Made by a program: the position numbers and the translations under genes. The notes below the pieces were generated by a model. It was not told where the DNA came from and searched no databases. It saw only the letters and a program-made list of their open reading frames with translations. Positions 56,835-64,000 of a DNA stretch of 64,000 nucleotides are shown here, piece after piece. The stretch comes from Candidatus Eiseniibacteriota bacterium (GTDB lineage Bacteria > Eisenbacteria > RBG-16-71-46), in contig VBOT01000053.1 of assembly GCA_005893225.1 (NCBI GenBank), positions 3,462 to 67,461 of the forward strand. The letters run 5' to 3'. The number at the start of each line of letters is the position of its first letter. The first letter of the stretch is position 1.

Positions 56835-59327
56835 TCAACAGCCTGGATCGCCGTCCCGGCGTGATGCCGAGAGCTCCAGCACCTTCGCCACGTCCTCGAT
56901 CGAGAACGGCTTGGGCACGACGGCGTCCACGCCCGACCCGTCAAGCTGATCGGGTCCGATCTGGTGCCCCCAGCCCGTGACCAGGGCGATCGTGACGTCC
57001 GGGTCCGCGGCCCGGAGCTCCCGCGCGAGCTGCCAGCCGCTCGAGCCCGGCATCCCGATGTCGGTGAGAACCAGTTCGAAGCGCCCCGGCCGGAAGCGGG
57101 CGAGCGCGCTCTCGGCCCCATCGCACCCCACCGCGCCGTACCCGAGCGTGCGGACGATCTCCACCAGCAGATCTCGAACCGCCGGCTCGTCGTCGACCAC
57201 CAGAACGTCCCCGGTCGGAACCGGCGGGGCCGCCCCCGGCGGCGAATCTGCCGGAGGCACCGTTTTCTCGACGCGCGGGAGCGTGACCTCGAAGCGCGTG
57301 CCGTGGCCGAGCCGGCTCGTGACCGCCACCGCGCCCCCGTGGCGCTCCACCGTCCCGTACACCACCGAAAGACCGAGGCCGGCACCCTTGGGGCCCTTGG
57401 TGGTGAAGAACGGATCGAAGAGCCTCCGCTGGGTCTCGGGCGCCATGCCGATGCCGTCGTCCTCGACCACCACCGCCACCAGGGCCTCTCGAGGAGCGGC
57501 CGCGATGCGGATCGTCCCTCCGCGGGGCAGCGCGTCCGCGGCATTGAGGATCAGGTTGGTGAAGACCTCGCGGAGCTGGCTCGCCTGGCCGCGCACCCAC
57601 AGGCCGGGCGTGGCGTCGAGCCCGACGGTGATGTTCCGCCCCGCGGCTTCGGCCTCGTTCTTCCACCTCGGCCGGGTGAAGGAGATCGAATCGCGCAGCA
57701 CGGCTTCCAGGTCCACCGGCTCCAGGGTCTCGCCCGGGTCGCCGGTGCTGAACCGGTGGAGGCGGCGCACGATCTCGGCGCCATCGCGGGCGGCGAGCTC
57801 CATGACGGAGAACGACTCCAGTAGCTCGGCGGTGGCAAGCGTGCCGTGCGTGGCGCGATGACGCAGGAGCTGGGTGCGGCCGAGGATCGCTCCCAGGACG
57901 TTGTTGAACTCGTGCGCGATGCCGGAGGCCAGCTCGCCCGCGGCCCGGAGCTTCTCCGTCCGCACGAGCTGCTCCCGCGTGCGCTCCAGCTCCTCGATGG
58001 CTCCCTCGAGCCGCTGCTTCATCTGCGCCACGTGGAGGGCCGAGGCGAGGTGGCTCGAGAGCCCGGCAACCACCCGCACCTGCGAGGGCGTGAAGGCACC
58101 GGCCTCCGTGGAGACCAGGAGCAGGGCCGCGGGCGGGCCGATCTCGAGGGCGAGCGGCACCAGCAACGCCGCCTGGAACCCCTCGGCCGAGAGCTCGGCC
58201 GCGAAGCGGTGGGGCACGCCGCGGAGGACGAGGCGCACCGGGAGCGGGCTCCAGAGCTGGCCGGCGAGTCCTTCGTCGAGCTGCGCGCCGAGTGCCAGGC
58301 CACCCCAGGGCGGCGGGGGCTCGAACTGCTCGAAACACGGCGCGGGGCTCTCGTCCGACGGCACGGCGAGGGCCACCGCCGTGCAACGGGTCACGCGGCG
58401 GAGCTGGCTCGCCACCGCACGGAACACGGTGCCGGGATCCTGCGCCCCGCGGGCGCTCTCGGCGATGACGACCACCGCCTCGGCGGCGTCCCGGAGCGCT
58501 TCGGACTCGGCGCGCTCCCGGGCTCGCGACTCGGTGAGCGCGGCGGCCATGGTGTTCATCGACTCCGCCAGGGTTCCGAGCTCGTCAGGACCACCCACGG
58601 GGAGCCGGCGCTCGAGACTGCCCGCGGCGACCGCGCGCGCGAGCTGGCTCGCCTCCCCGAGCGGGCGCACCACCACGCTGAGGAGCAGTCCCGAGGCGAG
58701 CAGCGCCAGGCCGATCACCGCCGCGAGAAGGAGAAGGCCGGCGCGCCCGGCGGTGGCGATGGCGCTCTCGAGCCGCGCGGTGGTGATCTCCACGCGCACC
58801 CATCCCAGGCGACCGCTTCCCCCGCCCGCTCCGCCCTCCGGCAACCCGAAGGCCTCGTCCCTGGAGGGAATCGAGGCTCCCGAGTACCTCGACACCGGGG
58901 TCTCGAGGATCCGGAGCTCTGTGCCCCGGAGGCGCCGCGGGGTCACGCTCAGCCCCCGCGCCGTGGCCGCAACCGCTCCCTCTCCCTCGGCGGCGGACCA
59001 CGACTGCATGTCGTTCACGTGCGCTGCCGCGAGCGTGCCGTCGCCGCGGTAGACCGCCACGCCCACGACGTCGTCTTCCTGGGCCGCCCGGCGCACGAGG
59101 TCTGCCAGCTCGGCGCGATCTCCAATGGTGAGCGGGACCTCGACCGCCTCGGCGGTGCGCTGGACGAGGGCGCGGCTGCGCAGGTCCAGCTCGTGGCCGA
59201 GCCAGTTCCGGGTGAAGAGCATGAGCAGGGTGTAGAAGGCCGCCGCGGCCACCGTGAAGCCCAGGACGAGGAGCACGGCGATCCGGCCCCGGAGGCTGCG
59301 GAGGGATGGCGGCCGCCAGGCTCTCAT
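56835..59327 (-). CDS. Hybrid histidine kinase (periplasmic sensor, HAMP, GAF-like, HisKA, HATPase, REC)
   Basis: DELGTLAESMN, GIAHEFNN, NLILNAADA, PFFTTK..GAGLGL, VVDDE and TDIGMP. Confidence 0.93.
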   Translation of the reverse strand: MRAWRPPSLRSLRGRIAVLLVLGFTVAAAAFYTLLMLFTRNWLGHELDLRSRALVQRTAEAVEVPLTIGDRAELADLVRRAAQEDDVVGVAVYRGDGTLAAAHVNDMQSWSAAEGEGAVAATARGLSVTPRRLRGTELRILETPVSRYSGASIPSRDEAFGLPEGGAGGGSGRLGWVRVEITTARLESAIATAGRAGLLLLAAVIGLALLASGLLLSVVVRPLGEASQLARAVAAGSLERRLPVGGPDELGTLAESMNTMAAALTESRARERAESEALRDAAEAVVVIAESARGAQDPGTVFRAVASQLRRVTRCTAVALAVPSDESPAPCFEQFEPPPPWGGLALGAQLDEGLAGQLWSPLPVRLVLRGVPHRFAAELSAEGFQAALLVPLALEIGPPAALLLVSTEAGAFTPSQVRVVAGLSSHLASALHVAQMKQRLEGAIEELERTREQLVRTEKLRAAGELASGIAHEFNNVLGAILGRTQLLRHRATHGTLATAELLESFSVMELAARDGAEIVRRLHRFSTGDPGETLEPVDLEAVLRDSISFTRPRWKNEAEAAGRNITVGLDATPGLWVRGQASQLREVFTNLILNAADALPRGGTIRIAAAPREALVAVVVEDDGIGMAPETQRRLFDPFFTTKGPKGAGLGLSVVYGTVERHGGAVAVTSRLGHGTRFEVTLPRVEKTVPPADSPPGAAPPVPTGDVLVVDDEPAVRDLLVEIVRTLGYGAVGCDGAESALARFRPGRFELVLTDIGMPGSSGWQLARELRAADPDVTIALVTGWGHQIGPDQLDGSGVDAVVPKPFSIEDVAKVLELSASRRDGDPGC

Positions 59328-60268
59328 GGCACGACCTCCCCGCCCTTCACGGCGACTAGCGGGAGCTCGCGACCCAGCGCTCGCGCCGTGCTGCGGTTGA
59401 ACCACCAGCGCACCCGCCGCGCCCTGGACACCGGGATGTCGCCCGGGCGCTCGCCGGCCTGGATGCGGCGGACGATCTCGGCGAGCTGCTCCCCGACCAC
59501 GTTGAAATCGGGGCACGCGGCGGCCAGCGCCCCGGCCCGCACCAGCGCGTCGGAGAACGTGAGCAGGGGGATGCGTCGATCCAGGGAGAGCTTGAGCAGG
59601 AAGTGGAACGCCTCGGGTGCGGCGACCACCGGGTCGGGAGGCAGCCAGAGGGCATCGGCCCCCTCCGTAGCGCCCCGCACCGCGCCCGCGAGCTCGGAGA
59701 GGTCGGCGAGCGGCACCTCGATCAGCTCGAGCTCGAGTGAGGCGGCCGCCGCCCGGGCGGCGCGGGCGAAGGGCGCCCCGGATCCGCGGCCGTAGAACAG
59801 CACGACCCGGCGCACGTCGGGTGCCGCGGTCTTGAGCGCTGCGAGCTCCGTCTCCGGGGGAACATCGCCCGATACGCCGGTCACCCACACGCCCTGGAGC
59901 CCGCGGCGCTCGGGCTGCTGGACCGCGCAAAAGACCAGCGGCGTGCGGGCGAGTTGGTCGCGGGTGAAGAGCGCCGCCCTGAGCCCGACCGCGACCACCA
60001 CATCGGGATGGAGCGCGGCGATCCGGCTCCCCAGAGCCGGGTCGTCCGCCTCACCGAGCACCAGGTCCGCCACGCTTCCCCGGTAGGAGGCGCGAAAGCC
60101 GGCCGCCAGCGAGTCGTAGACCCCGAGCGCACGCGAGCGCAGCACCACGACCGTGCCCGCCCCGGCGGGCGAGGGGGCGGCCGCGAGGCCGAGCGCCACC
60201 GCGAGGAGGAAGCCCGCGGCGGCCATCCCCTCGCGCTCGTGCGCGGGCCCGGCCGGGAGGAGCTTCAC
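59324..60268 (-). CDS. Periplasmic ABC_sub_bind-like binding protein
   Basis: Signal peptide; PDVVVAVG, PLVFCAV, DALWLPPD, GALAA and FNRSTARALG. Confidence 0.8.
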   Translation of the reverse strand: MKLLPAGPAHEREGMAAAGFLLAVALGLAAAPSPAGAGTVVVLRSRALGVYDSLAAGFRASYRGSVADLVLGEADDPALGSRIAALHPDVVVAVGLRAALFTRDQLARTPLVFCAVQQPERRGLQGVWVTGVSGDVPPETELAALKTAAPDVRRVVLFYGRGSGAPFARAARAAAASLELELIEVPLADLSELAGAVRGATEGADALWLPPDPVVAAPEAFHFLLKLSLDRRIPLLTFSDALVRAGALAAACPDFNVVGEQLAEIVRRIQAGERPGDIPVSRARRVRWWFNRSTARALGRELPLVAVKGGEVVP

Positions 60269-62346
60269 GGCCCGCGCCTCGAGCGGAGCTCCACCGTCAG
60301 GAACAGGGCGCGATGATCCTGGATGATCTCGTCCTCCCGGTGCTCGGCCGAGCCCGGGTCCCCGTGGCGCGAGTCGAAGAGGTTCCTGGCATCGAGACCG
60401 ACCTGGAAGGCGCGGGGGAGCAAGGCCGACACGCGCGCGTCCACGACCACCGCCGGCGCCGTTCGGCTGTGGGCGAGCGTCCAGCGCGGGGACAGGTACC
60501 GGACGCCGATCCCGAGCCCGTAGGGCCGCGAGAGCGGGGCGTGGGTCAGGACCGCTTGGGCGTTCCAGCGCGGCGAGTTGGTGAGCTCGAGCCCGGTGTC
60601 CCGGTCGCGGCTCGTCTGCCAGGCGGCGGAAAGCCGCGCGCGAGTGCCCCGCGACCCCACGGCCGCGAGCTCCGCCTCCACCCCCCGGCCCACCACGCGC
60701 GCGCGGTTCCTGAACTCGAGCGTTCCAAGGGTGTCGGTCCGGACCAGGTCGATCAAGTCCCGCACCCAGTTGCCGTAGATCGAGAAGTCGGCGGTGAGCG
60801 GGCCGGCGGTGCGGACCACCGCGCCCTCGAGCGTGTTCACGCGCTCGGGCAGGAGGCCCACCTTGCTCCGGTAGAGGTCGTAACGGGCCTCGTAGACGCT
60901 CGGGGCGCGGAAGGCCGACCCGGCGAGCAGCTTGACCCGGGTCCCGGGGTCCGCTTCCCAGACCACGTCGAGGCGCGGGCTCACCACCGGGTCGAAATCG
61001 GCATAGCGGTCGGCGCGCCCTCCCGCGGTCACCAGGACGGAGCTGCCCACGCGCCGCTCGTCCTGCAGGTACGCCGCGACACGACCGGACCGCGGGTTCT
61101 GCCGGACGTACACGACGAAGGGAACCTCGTCGAAGTTGTCCATCCGGGCGCGGAGGTCGTACTGGCCCTCGGTCCCCAGGGTGACGACGTCGCGGGTCCC
61201 CGGAGACCAGTGGACTCGCAGCTCCGTCCCGACGAGGTCGCCGTCGCCGCGGTCGAAGTTCACCTTCGTGGCGGTATCGGGCCCCTCGATGTAGAAGCCC
61301 CGATAGCGCGCGCCGTCCCAGTAGGCGCGGCTCTGGAGCTCCACGGGACCGGCGAGCCGGCGGGTGTCGGAGAGCTCCACGAAGTCATGGCCGTCGTAGG
61401 TGCGATTGCGGCGGTCGCCGAACGTGGTCTCGAATGCTCCGGTGGGGAAGCGCTTCATCCTCGAGTTGAGCTTGGCGGCGAGCCTCGAGCTCCCCCACTC
61501 GATCGTGCCGAAGAGCCCGCCGGCCTCCTCGCCGTCCGCGTCGATCGCCCGCCCCGAATGGGAGAGGGGATGGTCGTACTCGGCGAAATAGAGATCGGGG
61601 CCGCGGGCGCCCTGCCACGATCCGCTCAGCCGCCACTGGGGCCCTCCAGGGGTCGACGAGGACCAGGCGGCGAAGAGGCGACGGTCTCCCCAGGCGCCGG
61701 CGCGTCCCGCCAGCGCGATTCCCGGCTCGCGGCTCGGATGCCGGGTCACGACGTTGACCACCGCCAGCACCGCGTAGCTTCCGTAGAGGGCCGACCCCGG
61801 CCCGCGCACCACCTCGATGCGCTCCACGTTCTCGAGGTCGAGACCGAGCTCGCTCCCGAACAGCCCGTCGCCGTAGACGTAGCCGTTCAGCGTGTGCCCG
61901 TCGATGGCGAGCAGCACCTTGTTGTTGTAGTCGCCGGGGCGCAGGAGTCCGCGCACGCCCACGTAGGAGTAGCTGCGGTCGTAGGTGACGAACAGCCCGC
62001 GCACCCAGCGAAGCGCCTCGGCCACGGTGGCATATCCGTGGGTGCGAATCTCCTCGGCCGTGATCACCGTGACCGAGGAAGGGGCCTCGCCGAGGGGCTG
62101 GGGGTGCTTGGCGGCGCCGGTGACGAAGGATTCCTCTCGCACGATGGCGAAGGGGTCGTCTGCGGGGGCTCTGGCGAACGGGTCGCCGGAAGAAGCAACG
62201 CCGAGCCCATCGCCGGCGGGAGGCGCGGCGCGGTCGTTGACCGGCGGATCGGCGCCCCACGCGAGCGGCGCGGCGACGGTGACCCAGGCGCTCAGTGCCA
62301 CGGCACAAAGCTCCGGCCAATACTTGTGCCACTTTCGGATCGACAT
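60265..62346 (-). CDS. TonB-dependent receptor
   Basis: APSSVTVITAEEI, ERIEVVRGPGSALYG, VVNVVT, AFRAPS and NLFD. Confidence 0.93.
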   Translation of the reverse strand: MSIRKWHKYWPELCAVALSAWVTVAAPLAWGADPPVNDRAAPPAGDGLGVASSGDPFARAPADDPFAIVREESFVTGAAKHPQPLGEAPSSVTVITAEEIRTHGYATVAEALRWVRGLFVTYDRSYSYVGVRGLLRPGDYNNKVLLAIDGHTLNGYVYGDGLFGSELGLDLENVERIEVVRGPGSALYGSYAVLAVVNVVTRHPSREPGIALAGRAGAWGDRRLFAAWSSSTPGGPQWRLSGSWQGARGPDLYFAEYDHPLSHSGRAIDADGEEAGGLFGTIEWGSSRLAAKLNSRMKRFPTGAFETTFGDRRNRTYDGHDFVELSDTRRLAGPVELQSRAYWDGARYRGFYIEGPDTATKVNFDRGDGDLVGTELRVHWSPGTRDVVTLGTEGQYDLRARMDNFDEVPFVVYVRQNPRSGRVAAYLQDERRVGSSVLVTAGGRADRYADFDPVVSPRLDVVWEADPGTRVKLLAGSAFRAPSVYEARYDLYRSKVGLLPERVNTLEGAVVRTAGPLTADFSIYGNWVRDLIDLVRTDTLGTLEFRNRARVVGRGVEAELAAVGSRGTRARLSAAWQTSRDRDTGLELTNSPRWNAQAVLTHAPLSRPYGLGIGVRYLSPRWTLAHSRTAPAVVVDARVSALLPRAFQVGLDARNLFDSRHGDPGSAEHREDEIIQDHRALFLTVELRSRRGP

Positions 62347-62588
62347 GGAGAACCTCCCGCTCGAGCCCCGGGCGGCTCGCTCGAGCGTTGCAATCAACTC
62401 CTTGGGTATGCCGGGTATGCCGGCCGGGCGCCACGGCTCGGCACCCATTCGTTTTCGGCTGAAGGGGCGAAAAACCTGACCGGCAGGCTTCCGGGGCCCG
62501 GCCCTCGATCGGCGCCCGACGTGGCTCCGGCGGAGCGTCTCCGTCGCCGCCACCACTGGGAGCGCGCAAGTGATATGTTCACCCGTGT

Positions 62589-64000
62589 ATGCGCTTGGGA
62601 CAGGACGTCCTTTCCGACCTGGACAGGGCGCTCGGCAGCGAGTGGTTGATCGCCAACGGACTCGGCGGCTCCGCCTCGGGGACGGCCACCGGCGCGCATA
62701 CGCGCAGCACCCACGCGCACCTCGTGGTGGCCGCCCCTCACGGCCGCCTCACCACGGCGCTCCTCAAGCTCGACGAGCGCGTGGTCGCCGATGGCGCCTC
62801 CTTCGAGCTCGGCACCGACCTCCGGGTTGGCGGGGCGGTCCGGCCGGCCGGACACCGCCTGCTCGAGGACTTCCGGCTCGATCCCTGGCCGGTGTGGCGC
62901 TACCGGACGGGCGAGGCCCGGCTCGAGAAATCGCTGTTCCTGATCCACGGACATCACGCCGCCGCCATCGGATATCGGCTTCTGGCCGGCCCCGAGACCC
63001 GAGTCACAGTTTGCCCGCTGCTGGTGAGCCGCGAGCCGTGGGCGATCCAGCGTGAGACCGAGGGAGCGCTTCCCGCGGTGCAGGGCATGCCGGGACGGGT
63101 GCGGGTCGAGACCCGGCCGGGGAGCTCGCTGAGCCTGTGGCACAACGGGGTCTTCATTCCGGCCCGGGCCTGGCAGCGGCAGCTCTTCTACAAGGAGGAC
63201 GGCGCGGCGGGCCGTGAGACCGGCGAGGACGCTCTGGTGGTGGGCTACATCGAGGCGACGCTCGTTCCCGGCTCGGCGCTTCACCTGATCGCCTCGACCG
63301 AGGAGGACCTGTTCCGCGCGCTCGCGAACGAGGACCGCCTGGGCGCGACACCGCCCCGCACCCTTGCGGAATGCACGGCCTGCCTGGAGGCCGGCGAGCG
63401 GAAGCGGGACGCCGCATGGCGGCGGGCGGTGCACGCGGGCGCCACGACGACCGCCAGGGACGCGGCCGCCGCCCATGCTCGGACGGGCGCAGCGACGACC
63501 GGGGAGGGAGTGACGCCGGCGCGCACGGGAGAGACCGCTCCCGGTCCGGCCGGGGTTGCCCCGGAGGCCTTCGACCCCACGGACGAGCTCGAGCCCTGGA
63601 TCGGGCCGCTGGCCATGGCGCTCCAGATGGGCCTCATGAGACGCGGAAGCCGGCTGGCCCTCGTTTCCACGCTGCCGCGAGCGCTCGAGCACGGCGCCGA
63701 GGCGCTCCGGGCGGTGGGCGCGCTCGTCGCCGTGCGCGGATTCGAGGCCGCACGGGAAGTGCTTCGCGGTCACGCCGAATACCTCAACGAGGGCCTCGCC
63801 CCCGAGACCTTCGATCCCGAGGACGGCACTCCGCGCTTCGGGGACCCCGCGCCCGCGCTCTGGCTGGTGATCATGTCGGAGCTCTACGCGCGCCGCAGCC
63901 ACGACCTCGAGTTCGCAAGGGAGTCGCTCTACCCGGCGCTCGAGCAGGTGATGCACTTCTACCGATCCGGGACCCGCCGCGGCATCCGTGTCGACCAGGA
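62589..64000 (+). CDS. Glycogen debranching enzyme-like protein (amylo-alpha-1,6-glucosidase family), partial
   Basis: My translation: EWLIANGLGGSASGT..GAHTRSTHAHLV and later AREVL...LNEGLAP...ALWL...YRSGTRRGIRVD; frame runs off the window. Confidence 0.85.
   Translation, partial: MRLGQDVLSDLDRALGSEWLIANGLGGSASGTATGAHTRSTHAHLVVAAPHGRLTTALLKLDERVVADGASFELGTDLRVGGAVRPAGHRLLEDFRLDPWPVWRYRTGEARLEKSLFLIHGHHAAAIGYRLLAGPETRVTVCPLLVSREPWAIQRETEGALPAVQGMPGRVRVETRPGSSLSLWHNGVFIPARAWQRQLFYKEDGAAGRETGEDALVVGYIEATLVPGSALHLIASTEEDLFRALANEDRLGATPPRTLAECTACLEAGERKRDAAWRRAVHAGATTTARDAAAAHARTGAATTGEGVTPARTGETAPGPAGVAPEAFDPTDELEPWIGPLAMALQMGLMRRGSRLALVSTLPRALEHGAEALRAVGALVAVRGFEAAREVLRGHAEYLNEGLAPETFDPEDGTPRFGDPAPALWLVIMSELYARRSHDLEFARESLYPALEQVMHFYRSGTRRGIRVDQ

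Noticed and set aside
1..64000. Genome-wide TAG recoding suggested by ftsE
   Set aside because: Many genes end at TAG exactly where their families end (4438, 6993, 16664, 49544, 51814)

Overview
Very GC-rich genomic DNA from a diderm bacterium. Three secreted proteins ending in a FlgD-Ig/T9SS-CTD-like tail suggest an Eisenbacteria/FCB-like lineage, which is inference only. A housekeeping backbone (moxR-DUF58-batA; mfd-PPIase-surA-ftsEX-envC-holB; ricT-metG-tatD-rsmA) is interrupted by accessory cassettes. These include multi-domain secreted enzymes, a nucleotidyltransferase TA-like pair, an RlmJ-like methylase next to a frameshifted IS1380-family element, a PDZ-LytS/LytTR two-component pair, a lysyl oxidase, a Ser/Thr kinase, an amt plus porin pair, a Cys-rich secreted protein with a two-component system, and a TonB receptor/periplasmic binding protein/hybrid kinase operon. 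The strongest unexplained signal is a two-copy, co-varying, GGA-rich branched element of about 140 nt that sits between convergent genes. Other signals are a candidate sRNA or attenuator before mfd, several apparently leaderless genes, an in-frame TAG in ftsE, and several broken or degenerate genes. No rRNA, tRNA or CRISPR array was seen. All protein calls come from motif recognition, with no database search.
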